DNA of 63,868 nucleotides, the filler included, from Craspedostauros australis (lineage: Eukaryota), in assembly GCA_030167865.1 (NCBI GenBank). It is 21 parts of 21 records of this genome, joined end to end, with 100 filler letters (N's around TTAATTAATTAA, not from the genome) between each part and the next. Parts side by side here need not be neighbours in the genome. Positions count along the whole stretch, not along the records: positions 11,336 to 15,223 come from JALAGF010002008.1; positions 15,324 to 16,494 come from JALAGF010002009.1; positions 16,595 to 26,609 come from JALAGF010002010.1; 18 more parts are not named here. The stretch is one strand, 5' to 3'. The translations under genes and the position numbers were made by a program. How positions within the stretch are numbered: position 1 is the first letter of the stretch; each line of letters begins with the position of its first letter. The notes beneath the pieces were generated by a model. That model was not told the DNA's origin and made no database searches. It saw only the letters and a program-made list of their open reading frames with translations. Positions 11,749-23,377 of this stretch are shown here, piece by piece.

Positions 11749-12554
11749 TATGGAAATGGGGATCATCCCATCCCTCCATCATCAGGAGCGCCGATGACTC
11801 GCTGGTCAAACCTGTTGGGAACACGCTCGTTCAATCCACTGCCTTTATGCTTCCTCGTAGTAGTACAACACATATTCCAGGTGCGGTTCTCAGGCAACCA
11901 TGTTGCCGATTGAACTCCTTGGGGGATATGCGTACATCGTGACGTGCGATGGTTGCAATTGAGATTGTGATCATCTTGGTGCTCCCTCCATCGCATCATC
12001 GCTGTTGGCGTCATCATCACTTTCGTGGTTGTTTCGAGTTGACGATCAGAGATCTCATTTGAACGCCTTTCTGACGTGTCCTTTTCATGAAAGAAGCTAA
12101 TAAAGCACTTCATTGACACGCAGAATTCGTGGAATTGGGAACATCTCTGCACGCGCAAAAGTGGTGAAGCGAGAATCGACGATTCCCATTTGTGGTGTTC
12201 TCATGTTCGCAACAGCGATCTTGTGGGGTGTGTCATGTTCTGTTCCTTCTTCTCGTTGTTGTGTGCGCCAGTTCGTAGTCAGCAAAAGGAAGGATCCGCG
12301 CTCTCCGGACAGCGCTGGTGCCCTCTCCCAAACCAGGGTGCGATCAAGAAGTGGGCAAACAGAGAAACGAGGAGAGAAACGGGAGAACATTGAAACGAGG
12401 CAACCGCACACACCGCTCAACCCCATACTCCAACACATCAACAACAGACATGTCATGGGTAGCTCGAACAGAACACTTCCTCGACAGTCAATCCAACGCC
12501 AATCGTTCAACGTCCAACGTCAATCGTCCAGCAACCATCGACCATCCTCTCAAA

Positions 12555-13535
12555 ATGCAGAATGTTACGAACAAACAACTCCTTGATGCTGCCGAGGCAG
12601 GTGACTTGTCAGTGTTGAAGGAGTGGAAGAAGCAGAACAAGACGAAGAATGAAGGAGATGATGTCAACAAGGTTACAGACAGAATTGGTTCCACTCCCCT
12701 TCATTACGCATGCTCCAACGGCCAGCTGGAGTGTGTGAAGTATCTCATCGAATCATGTGAGGCGGACATCAACTGCGAAGACAACGATGGTGACACTCCC
12801 CTTCATGTGGCATGCATTTATGACCACCTGGAGTGTGTGGAGTACCTCATCGAATCATGTGAGGCAGACATCAACTGCAAAAACAACAATGGTTCCACTC
12901 CCCTTCATTGGGCATGCTCCAAAGGCCACCTGGAGTGTGCCAAGTACCTCATCGAATCATGCAAGGCCAACATCAACTGCAAAACCAGGTATGGTTCCAC
13001 TCCCCTTCATTACGCATGCTCCAACGGCCAGCTGGAGTGTGTGAAGTATCTCATCGAATCATGTGAGGCGGACATCAACTGCGAAGACAACGATGGTGAC
13101 ACTCCCCTTCATGTGGCATGCATTTATGACCACCTGGAGTGTGTAGAGTACCTCATCGAATCATGTGGGGCGAACATCATCTGCCAAAACAACAATGGTT
13201 GGACTCCCCTTCATTGGGCATGCTCCAAAGGCCACCTGGAGTGTGTCAAGTACCTCATCGAATCATGTGAGGCGAACATCAACTGCCAAAACAACCGAGG
13301 TGAAACTCCCCTTCGTTGGGCATGCTACAACGGCAAGCTGGAGTGTATGGAGTCCCTCATTAGAGGACTTTCGCCTTCAGCTCACCCACAACTGCAACAA
13401 CTGCAGCAACGCTTACAACAAAACGAACAAGCAAATGAACAACCACAAGAACAGTTGGGACAGCAGTTGAAGCGGAAGAGGCAAGAGAATGAACACAAAC
13501 ACTGCAGCAACAAGAGGACCAACATCAACATTTGA
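12555..13535 (+). CDS. Ankyrin-repeat protein with Gln-rich tail
   Basis: Seven 34-aa G.TPLH.AC..G.LECVKYLIESC units, including a near-exact 306-bp internal duplication. Confidence 0.9.
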   Translation: MQNVTNKQLLDAAEAGDLSVLKEWKKQNKTKNEGDDVNKVTDRIGSTPLHYACSNGQLECVKYLIESCEADINCEDNDGDTPLHVACIYDHLECVEYLIESCEADINCKNNNGSTPLHWACSKGHLECAKYLIESCKANINCKTRYGSTPLHYACSNGQLECVKYLIESCEADINCEDNDGDTPLHVACIYDHLECVEYLIESCGANIICQNNNGWTPLHWACSKGHLECVKYLIESCEANINCQNNRGETPLRWACYNGKLECMESLIRGLSPSAHPQLQQLQQRLQQNEQANEQPQEQLGQQLKRKRQENEHKHCSNKRTNINI

Positions 13536-13585
13536 GAAGATCGGCCATATCCTTCTAAACCGAGGACAGGACAGACACCATCTTC

Positions 13586-14383
13586 TTGTGTGGACAAGGC
13601 CACGACCAGCAACTAACCAAGGCAAGCTCTGAAGCCCCCATCATCACACTCCCACCCATTGAGACACTGATCGACAAAGGAACCCAACTTCACCGCGCGA
13701 ATGATGACACTCACGATGGAACTGAACCCATGCAAGCAACCATCCCTCTTCCCAACCTTCAACCAAAACACATCCGATACGTCCTCCAATGCATCTCCAC
13801 AGGAAAGATATCCTTTGATGACAGAGTTCGTGACAACGCTGCTGCTCACACCGGCGCTCACCATGATGTAGATGCCTCTCACCAGCCAACTCCCACTCTC
13901 ACTGGACAGGACGATCGGCAACAGCTGACCCTTGTGGCCAACGAATTCGGCTTCTGGCAACTCAAGCTTGTTCTTGAAGCAGAGTTGGTCCGTAAGCATA
14001 TCACAAGGGATAACATCATAGATGTGTTGATATTCGCTGATCAACACAACTGCGTGGTGTTGAAGGATGCAGCAATGAGGATGGCAGCTGAAAGTGAGAA
14101 AGATATGTTCACTCATCTAGATTTAAGCAAACTGATTCTACAACCCCAACTGATGAGAGGTATTCATATCCTCCGCAGTGGGGGAGCGGAGACTGATGGC
14201 ATTGACGATGAGTACAGCCACATGTCCATGATGGAGCTGTACAAGGTCATAAATGAGGATGAGGGTACAACACAAGTGGATTCATACATGGATCGGGTGA
14301 CATTGGTGGACTTCGTCCGCTCTGTGAAAGCCAAATCATCCAAAGGGATTGAGACGGACGGCACTGCCGAAGAAGAGGAGTGA
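13586..14383 (+). CDS. BTB/POZ-BACK-like (SPOP-type) protein fragment, start uncertain
   Basis: LTLVANEFGFWQLKLVLEAEL...NIIDVLIFADQHNCVVLKDAAM resembles the BTB C-terminal/BACK helices. Confidence 0.6.
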   Translation: MCGQGHDQQLTKASSEAPIITLPPIETLIDKGTQLHRANDDTHDGTEPMQATIPLPNLQPKHIRYVLQCISTGKISFDDRVRDNAAAHTGAHHDVDASHQPTPTLTGQDDRQQLTLVANEFGFWQLKLVLEAELVRKHITRDNIIDVLIFADQHNCVVLKDAAMRMAAESEKDMFTHLDLSKLILQPQLMRGIHILRSGGAETDGIDDEYSHMSMMELYKVINEDEGTTQVDSYMDRVTLVDFVRSVKAKSSKGIETDGTAEEEE

Positions 14384-14917
14384 AGTGCCAGACCTTTCCA
14401 TATCATGCCATAGCAGAAGTCTTCGAGAAGTGAACGCATGACGGAGTTTAGTTGATGGATAAATATAGTCGTCAGAATATTCATTAGGATAGTAACCACG
14501 TGAAAGGAGCTGGAGCAATCAGTGATTCATTCATTCAATGGTGCGTCCGGCATGCCTTGACCGTCGCCTTTGGTGATGCGCACAGCATGCTGCTCCATGC
14601 ACTACCGTGTCGTTCGCAGCACAGTCTGGCTGGGCCGCAAGACACGCATGATCTTCTGTGCATGAATTGCAGATGATCCCGGTTGGCGCACGGCACGTTG
14701 GTGTGCAGCATCATTGGCCAATGCGACAGGAAGAAGATGGTTCAGCCACCACTGTCATCGCCGTGGTTGTCATGCCAATCATATGATTTCCGCGTTCGTT
14801 GGTGTCAATGATGTGGAAGGAGCTGCGTGGGAAACGATGGCGGACCCCGCGGGCATCATACATGGCTTGTAGGAATCGAGTCCAACTTGATGAAGTGGAG
14901 CCTATTGCGACTGTCAG

Positions 14918-14921
14918 CTTG

Positions 14922-14953
<32 letters not shown>

Positions 14954-14962
14954 GGTGGTGGT
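14918..14962 (+). repeat. Compound (TTG)n(GTG)n microsatellite
   Basis: Directly visible trinucleotide runs. Confidence 0.9.
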
Positions 14963-15323
14963 GCAGTTCGTGCATGATGTCGTGCAAGGCACACGCGTAT
15001 GCCAGCAGCTGCATGGTTTCGTTGTGGTCGACAAAGATAACGAGCAATGGGAGAAGTCGCCGACATCATTACACACAATTTCTTTCATCTGTGGATGGGA
15101 CGAGACAGTGCCTCTGTCTCATCGTTTGGGGTTTGTGGCAGCGACGCGTCGCTTTGAGCATCGGTATGAACAAGCGTGGCTAGTTGTGGTGCGTGCTGTG
15201 GAAACTGAGGAACATCTCCGAACNNNNNNNNNNNNNNNNNNNNNNNNNNNNNNNNNNNNNNNNNNNNTTAATTAATTAANNNNNNNNNNNNNNNNNNNNN
15301 NNNNNNNNNNNNNNNNNNNNNNN

Positions 15324-16494
15324 ACCTCTTTGACCCCCTTGTGGAGCTTCGGAAGCACGGTAGAATGTAGAATCTTGATGGCGCCAGCAACTTGGACGTG
15401 ATCCTGCTTGTTCCGCCCCTTCATCACCATGTCAATGAATCGNNNNNNNNNNNNNNNNNNNNNNNNNNNNNNNNNNNNNNNNNNNNNNNNNNNNNNNNNN
15501 NNNNNNNNNNNNNNNNNNNNNNNNNNNNNNNNNNNNNNNNNNNNNNNNNNNNNNNNNNNNNNNNNNNNNNNNNNNNNNNNNNNNNNNNNNTGGTCCTTGA
15601 GGCGCTCCTTTTCCTCCTTGATCTTCTGCGCTTGTACCTTTCGTCTCACTTGGTGGGCCATGTACTGGCGCAGCGCGTCATCGCACAGGTTAATTGCTGC
15701 AGCCATGCGATCCAATTCGAACGTGTTGCCAGTGATGTTGCTGGTGGTAGTTCGCATGAAGTCGCGAACGCGAATCGGGAAGAATGTCATGACATCTGCA
15801 CATTGCTTGCATGCTTGGTTCACAAACGGGAGGGAGCCATTTGTCAGAGCGAACTCTGCGGAATGTAGATTATCCATGGTTGACTTCACCTGGATGTGTT
15901 TGTTTGCATATTCCCATTTCGCAAATGAAAGAACAGAATTGCTGTCCGTGATGATGGCCTGTGCCTCATTGAGAAGTTCAGACACGAGCTCTTTGTCTTG
16001 ATGTTCCTTGTTCTGAGTCCAAAGCAGTTCCATGACTCTCCTGATCATGTTTTGGAAGTGCATGAATACAGTCAGAGTATCTGTGTAGAAGGAGGACAGG
16101 CCAGTTTGACACTTGCCACGTCGTGTGAGCAATGTCAGGATACTCATGAAGGCAGGCCTGCCGACAGGGTCATCTGTTGTGTTCTTGTACTTCACAAAGA
16201 GTTCTGCATCAGGTGTTGATCCGCGAATGAAGATAGGCAGGTCTGGGAACAGAACACCAGCCAACTTCACGCTCCTTGTGATGCCTGGCCGGTACTGGGA
16301 CATGGAGGTGAGAAACGAGATCACGCCCTGGAGACTAGATTCCTTGACACGGTACTTGTAGTCTGCGTGTGGGAACTGGCCTCCGGCAAGGATCGCACCA
16401 CCAGCGTGCGACAGTCTCCTGTGTGCTGCACGAGACATGGTTCGGCGTCCCAGTGCGACCTTCGCCTTGTCTCCTTTCGACAAGCTACCGTAGT
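15324..16494 (-). mobile_element. DNA transposase fragment, Sola3-like (central region)
   Basis: Frame is open across the scaffold. YMAHQVRRKVQ and NKQDHVQVAGAI resemble segments preceding the catalytic Asp residues of this family as I recall it; the key residues fall in the N-gap. Confidence 0.5.
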
Positions 16495-17237
16495 NNNNNN
16501 NNNNNNNNNNNNNNNNNNNNNNNNNNNNNNNNNNNNNNTTAATTAATTAANNNNNNNNNNNNNNNNNNNNNNNNNNNNNNNNNNNNNNNNNNNNCAGTCA
16601 CAACGGCGGTCATTGGACACTAATAGACGATCTCGTTAAATATGATACTTAACGACACGACATGTACTGGTCATTTTCTGCAAATGCAACGACACAGATT
16701 GTGGAGGTAAGACTAATTGGATTAAACAGCCTCGATTCATCTCTCTGGTCAAATGAGTCAAAAAACGCACGTTTCAATGGACTTGCCGGGTGTCCCTGCG
16801 ATCCGAAAATGGAGAAGCTGCACGTCATCACGTTCTCCGAATCTTTCTGCTCTTTCTTCGTCTCTCCTTTGTCACGAACACGGACTGAAAAGGTCATCAC
16901 AAAGTCTCTCTCTAGACTGACGCTACGTAGATTGTGTCCGACATCACCGGGTTGTGTTGTGTTGGGGAGGAACAAAACGCCCGCGTTCCACCATCGCACA
17001 CAAGCACACAAAGTGAACCTCCGTGCACGATTCTTACGTGATGTGTTCCAGCAGAGGAGAGAGTTCCATTGACATCAAAATCGCACGATCACGGAGACGG
17101 TGACACCTTGAGGGGCACCAACCGCAACACCCACTCCTGTGACAACACCAGAGGGCATTGGCAAGAAAGAAGCAGGACTTGGAGCAGCCATTCAAACAAC
17201 GATCCGACAATCTGCGGGCAGAGACAGACAGACAGCC

Positions 17238-18950
17238 ATGGGGAAGGTGCCGAAGAAGAAGAGGAAGCTCATCCCTTGCATGGCCGGATACCTCCTCCTC
17301 ATTGCCTGCATCGGTCTCACGTTCCAGTTGCATGACACATCTCGCGTGCTGCAGAGCTCCGCTGTCATCGACGAGTTCTCGCTGCTGCATCTCAAACAGG
17401 CATCACATGGCGGAGCCAACGCGCCTGCGAAGCATGGGAGCGCGAAACCAGTTGGGTCAGCGCCATCGGCACCATCGGCGACAGCTCGAAATGACGGTGC
17501 CGTGGACGCGCTTTCGCCTGGCAAGGTTGACGACCAACCTCCGAGGCGCTGGGCCTACGCGTTCCTCCTCAGCGGCATCGATCCTGCCAAGCTGCACGAG
17601 TTCCAAGGATTCCTTGCCAACATCGTCATTGCAGCTCACATCCTGCGCACATCGGGCAGCGTCGCCGACATCATCCTCATGGTCCAGCTCTCCAAGTTCA
17701 CCAATGCGACACGGTTGGAACCGGAACAGGAACGCGTGCTCGCCACATCAGGCGTCAACATTCATTACCTGCCTCCACCCATACGGCAGAGCTTCTACGC
17801 GGCGCAGATGGAGAAGTTCCGAATCCTTCAGTTCACCAACTACACCAGAATGTGAGTCCGCGTTGTGCCTGTGCGTCGATAATACCCCGTGTGGATGCAA
17901 TGTTATCTCGTGCCATCTCATCTCATCACATGCCATCACATCAAATTGCGACTCTTGCTTCTTTGCTTGTTGTACTGTGCGACTATGACGTGCTGTTTCA
18001 CATCACGCCGACAACCATCGCCACGATTCAGACTGTACATGGACAGCGATGTTCTGCCATTTTGCAATCTGGACTACATCTTCCAACTCTCCGATCCCGA
18101 GGACCCATCGTCATCAAAGGCACCATTGTTGAAGGAAAACATGGTGCTCACAACGGACACGGAGCCATCGAACGGTGGCTTCTTCCTGCTGACTCCGCGG
18201 CCCGGGGACTTCGAGGACCTGCAGCAGATCATCGCGCGGCGCGAAGCTGAGGCGCTGTCGTTGCCGCATCCCTACTTTGATGAAACCATCGGATTTGGGC
18301 ACAAGATCGAGCGGCCAGACTACGTCCGGAATCTTCACGGTCCCGAGTACCACACATGGAAGTGGCATGGCGCGTTTGCGGATCAGGGGTTGCTGTATTA
18401 TTGGACGAAATATTGGAAGCAAGACGTGTCGATTGTGAACGGGGGCAAGGTGGAACATTGGGGAAAGGCCGCGGCGCCAGCATCGTCGACGGATCGGCGT
18501 TCACCGCGATTGGAGAGTACAGATTCTGGCCATGAGCTGCTGCGTGGGCGTTCGTGTCTGCCGGAGGGGGCGGACGGACAGTATCGATGGGGGAATAACA
18601 AGAAGCAGTTCCACGATCTGGCGCCGTACCGAGACTTTCGACACTTCACGGGCAAAACGAAGCCCTTCGAATGGAAGTCACCCACAAAGGATGGTGGTCG
18701 GATGTACTGCAGCACGCGAGACTCTTGCGATTCGGCAGGTGCGTTCTGGTGGATGATGCTGCGGAGGCTGGTGGAGGAGGACGGCCTTCACAGCGTGTTC
18801 GACTTGTCCAACTGGAGCCTCTCAGGACGGGCACCGCTGGGCGGGCATCCCACGTACCGATCCTTGGAAAAGATGGCCAAAGCCAGGCAACGCCTTGCGA
18901 CGAAGGCGATGGCTCAAGCGAACTCCAAAGACCGACTCTCGATGAACTGA
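17238..18950 (+). CDS. GT8/glycogenin-like glycosyltransferase, type II membrane; intron 17852-18031
   Basis: TM anchor near the N-terminus. Spliced EKFRILQFTNYTRILYMDSDVLP (DxD), plus NGGFFLL, ADQGLLYYW and HFTG.TKP. Confidence 0.85.
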
Positions 18951-19263
18951 TGAAAAGCACGACGGAACTCGAGTTCGATGCCGTTGTTGCTCTTCGTCTG
19001 TTGTGGGCCTCCTTCTATCAGCGCAAAACGGTCATGTACTAATAGTGCAGATTATTTCATGCATTAATTCTACTTGTTGTACTCATAGAAGGGGAGGCAG
19101 ACGACGAATCGTCGTTAAGGAGGAGGCGGCAGCAGTATTTGCAGCGCCCACGATGCGCGACAAGCTATGAATTGCCATCCGTTGTTGTGCATATCTCATA
19201 CATACCTGCCTACGATCTGGAGAGTGCGTTGAGATCATCCAATATGCATCTGGTGCTTGCTGC

Positions 19264-20403
19264 TCAATTTTCACGCGCAAACCGACCCTCCAACCATGCG
19301 GCCAACTGCGAAATCCCTTCCTCCATCGGCTTCCCCTTCACCAACAAGTAATGATCGCCTTTCTTGATCGTGCACAGAATCTTGCGATCCTGCGGCAAGT
19401 CAATCTTCTGGATCACGTCCTCAATAGATGTCATCGGAACCACATGGTCCTTCTCGCCAGCAAGAACCAACATCGATGGTATCATCGCCATTCCATCCAG
19501 CGGAGTCGATCTGTGCTGGCTGCCATCGGTGGCCTTGGCCTTGGCCTGCTCATACGCCGCGAGATCCTGTTGCACAGTTTTGGATGTGACATCCAGCAAC
19601 ATCTTGGACGTCGCAAGAGGCCATTGGCCGACAAAGTTGCGCGTGGACGTGTGCGGGCATGCGTAGATGGACGGATCTTCCACAGGCGTCATCAATCCGA
19701 CGGACGGTGCGACCCAGGCCAATGCCGACAAGGCCATCACGATGGGAGGCGGCGGCACAACCTCCGGTGCCACCCCGACTGCCGGACAGATCAACGCGCA
19801 TCCTGCGAATCCAGCCAACGCCGCATCGGACCCGTTATCGTTGATCGACAGGGACTTGGCCATTGCGGCTGCGGCGTAGAGAGCTGCCACGCCTCCCATG
19901 GAAGATCCCGCGAGAACGAGCGGAATGGGACCATCATCCTTTGGCTTTGGCGCCAATGTGGCAACGTGATGGCAAAATAGGCCAACGTGGCTCACGACGC
20001 GTGGGAAGCTGCTGCACAAAGATCGCGTTCCAGAAGACAACCCGTGGCCTTCCAGCTCCAAGACGGCCAGGCGCCATTGGTTCTTGCGGCACATTCGGGC
20101 CAAGTTTTGCACCGTCCACGTTTCCGCCGACTCGCACACCCCGTGACAGTAAGCCAGAAGGGGCCACGCTGCTTCCTCCTTTGAGAACCACTCCACGTTG
20201 AGCGTCGCAGATGAGTCTTGACATTCGACCTTTGATCTTGCGCAGGATGTTACCAAAGATTCGCCTTCCGATGTCGGCGATTGCCCTGGCAGGCTGTCGC
20301 TGCCACTGCTACTGCCACTGAATGCGAGGTTGCTGTACAGAAATTGCGGTGCGCTTGATGCTGCTGCAGCTGCTGCTGCGGGAATTGGTGGCGATGATGG
20401 CAT
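19264..20403 (-). CDS. Alpha/beta hydrolase (monoglyceride lipase/Hydrolase_4-like)
   Basis: YCHGVCES, LEGHGLSSG, GSSMGG nucleophile elbow, GEKDHVV (Asp) and KGDHY (His). Confidence 0.88.
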   Translation of the reverse strand: MPSSPPIPAAAAAAASSAPQFLYSNLAFSGSSSGSDSLPGQSPTSEGESLVTSCARSKVECQDSSATLNVEWFSKEEAAWPLLAYCHGVCESAETWTVQNLARMCRKNQWRLAVLELEGHGLSSGTRSLCSSFPRVVSHVGLFCHHVATLAPKPKDDGPIPLVLAGSSMGGVAALYAAAAMAKSLSINDNGSDAALAGFAGCALICPAVGVAPEVVPPPPIVMALSALAWVAPSVGLMTPVEDPSIYACPHTSTRNFVGQWPLATSKMLLDVTSKTVQQDLAAYEQAKAKATDGSQHRSTPLDGMAMIPSMLVLAGEKDHVVPMTSIEDVIQKIDLPQDRKILCTIKKGDHYLLVKGKPMEEGISQLAAWLEGRFAREN

Positions 20404-20941
20404 GGCTGTGAAAGATTGCTCTGGTCTATTGCACACAAACAATATTATACAATATAATAGAATACTTGCTTTATGTTCTATCAGCATAGTATTCGTACGT
20501 ATGATGGCTCCATGTGATGCGCGTGTTTGCTCTTTCTTGGTTGTTGATTGTTGAGTGTTGAATTCGTGATGTGGTGTGCATTCGACACAACTGCGCACGA
20601 CTCCGGTTCGCATCACGTCTTATCGCATTGTATTGTGGTTTGGCGTGTGTCGTTTCCTCCTTTTTGCGAGATAGGAACGAGCATAGAGAGTGAGAGAGAG
20701 CAGAGGATTGCACTTTGCAACACTTGCCCACTGGTACTGTGCGATGGACGGCCAACTGGGTGGCACTACCTCGGTGTGGTATTACTACTATTATTATTAC
20801 GTAATAGATCGTACAAGTACGTAGTACACGGATGATTAAGTGTTGATTTATTATTTGTTGTTATTCTCCTGCAGCGTATCAGTCGGGGGCATCGGTGTTG
20901 GCAGCCGTACGTATTTGCAGCTCGTAGAGAGCCGGCAGCGA

Positions 20942-22527
20942 TCAACCATCAAAACAGCCTGGCGGGGTTGGGCAGATGGCCGGATCGGCAGCCAAGATCT
21001 TGAGGTAGTTGGCACTGGCGTATTCGAAAGCCTTCGTTGCGTCGACGTTGTCGCCGTCGATTGCAGCCAACCTGGCCCCCACAATTAGTGCACAGACGTC
21101 GTCGGCCGACTCGAAACTGAGTGTGTTCTCCAACAACTCACAGAAGCTGTTGGAATTCATGTCGCCCATAGTGTGAGCATAGAAATACCCTGTCAACGCA
21201 TCAATGATGTTGCTAGCTCTCTTTCGAATGAGGTCCAGTGTGATTGCAGATACTCCGGTGAGCTCGGGAACGGTTGCAACATCGACGGGCTCAACCAATG
21301 AGATCAGATACTGACTGAGGCGGGATACAATCTCCTTTTCGATGCGAATCTTGGCTACCTCGGGATATCTCTCCAAGAGGTCGAGGATCCCTTCTCCAAG
21401 TAGGATGAAAGGAACAGGAAGAAGCTGGAAAAAGCGGGCCCCATCGAAGGATTGGTACGGGAAGCCGACGGTTCCTGTTGTTGTCAGTTCTCCGTATTGC
21501 GAAGTGGACATCGACAGCAGAGGGTTGGAGAAGTTGCCTGGAAGAAAGGTTCTGACAGCATTTTGGAGCCCAGTGATGACTTCTGGGGAAATGGAAGGCG
21601 AAACACCAAACACCTGATTCAGCAGTGGTGTGTTCTCGTAGATTTGTCCCGACACTCCTCTGATTTCGATCTTCCTCAACTGAGCCTCATCGATAGCAGG
21701 ATCCAACGACCAGAATGCCAGAACCTTCTCAAGCCTGTCGCACACCGCCTCGGTGAACTGTCCGTCGCTCCCAACGCCCGGATTACCTGGGATGCAAGCA
21801 TTTGATCCACCGAGGGCTGTGAGCACAAACGCTGCCCCATCACCGGCGCCACCAACCGGGATGACATTGAATTGAGCGAGCTGCTGCTTGACTTGATCGT
21901 TTGGAATTTGAGCGAGTTGCTCGTAATAGGATGCGGTGGAGCTGACCCTCCAGAATTCAGTGTCGATCTCTATCTCGCCTGCCTTGGAGCTCTTGGATGT
22001 AGGTCCAGCGCCGGATCCCTTGAGACGACGAGTCTTTCCCAGCGCGACTTCCGTATCTGATATGGTTCGTGCGTGGAGATAGAATGATTGAATGGCAAAT
22101 GGAAGTAGAAGCGTCCGTGTCGGCGAACGCGCACGTATATGCGAAAGTGACAGGGTTGGTGCATCGTAGCAGCAGAGCCGGTTGCCAGGAGTGAGTGTCA
22201 CCATCGTTAGAGGGCGCGGTGTGGAATGCAGACAAGGAATGTTCGCCTCATCGAATTTCAAGCGACGCAGTAGATGTTCATAGAGTACAGGATTCACGAG
22301 ACCGAGAGGTGTGTGGCCAGAGAGAATAGCGAGAAGGACAGTGGCATACTCCTCTCTCTCTCTCTCTCTCTCCAGATTGGCAGATGCTCCCAATAGTGTG
22401 CTCGTGCTCCTTCCGCCAAGCATCGAACAGGACATCCTGAAGCGCTGTGCGTACCTTCGCCCAAAGTGAAGCCCATGAATGCGCTCATGAAGGACAACGC
22501 AAGCGCTGCTTTTCCAAATGAAACCAT
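20942..22527 (-). CDS. Secreted protein; exon 1 22527-22455, intron 22454-22057, exon 2 22056-20942
   Basis: Signal peptide MVSFGKAALALSFMSAFMGFTLG. GAAG|GTACGC...ATATCAG|AT joins in frame to DTEVALGKTRRLKG. Confidence 0.7.
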
Positions 22528-23087
22528 GATGATGATGAAGATGATGATGATGATGATCCAATTGTATGTTCTCTGGTGGAGTCTTGTGGATTTGTCTCCG
22601 TCCCTGTTGTTGTTTTGAGTGTTGCTGTTTTGAGTGTTGCTGCCGAATCCGTTTTATGAGACCAGATCGTGCACCACTTTCCTCGCGAGTATTTTGCTCA
22701 ACGAGAAAGACCTTGCGTTTCCAGATCAGCTGCTTTGGCAACAGCGACACAAGAGAGTCAGCTTCAAGAGTCACTTTGGTTGGTGCACCCCATGGTGGTC
22801 AATACAATGCATGCCCATACAGGATTGGTGACATGAGTTCACTTCAAAGCCTTTCATCATGCAGAGTGCACATAGCATACTGCAGTGCCCAACTTCACGC
22901 AGATGTTCATGTGGAGTCATGGAGTATTCGTCCACACACCCGGGTCGCTACCATGAGGATTGATAGTGAAGGAAGCGTCTCCGATCACTCTCGGCTGAGT
23001 GTCGTGCGCGAGCGTGATCGCTCCACTCTTTCCGCATCGACACCGGATCCAACAGCGCAACTTCATTGGCCACTAACCATGGATTAT

Positions 23088-23354
23088 TGTCAAGGTGAAT
23101 GTGACCCTACGTAATTGCTACGGGCAAGTGTGTGAGTGCGTGTGTGTGTGCTAAAGTTGAGTTGTGCCCATTGAGAGGGCCCATGGAAGGTCCCATGGGA
23201 TTGTGAGCTTATTCTACTGTGGTCTTGACTTTGCGTCAAGTTCGCTAAATGTTGCGTGCGTCGCGGGCGCTCCTAATCGTGGCGTTGCTGACGCAGCGGC
23301 ATGCTGGTTCGGGTTTGGTGTCGTATCGATCAGCTGGACTAATTCATGATAACA
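23088..23354 (-). mobile_element. 3' LTR of a copia element
   Basis: On the minus strand, PPT-like TGAGGGCGAG precedes TGTTATC right after the pol stop; candidate end ...CCTTGACA at 23088. Confidence 0.65.
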
Positions 23355-23377
23355 CTCGCCCTCAGGTGTTGCATGCG

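Noticed and set aside
16595..16800. Possible DNA-transposon terminus ending GTGTCCCTG
   Set aside because: No partner TIR or second copy in the window; unsupported.
22057..22774. N-terminal extension of the 610-aa ORF
   Set aside because: It includes a (CT)n tract and (GAT)n low complexity, and is better explained as intron plus 5' region of the spliced model.
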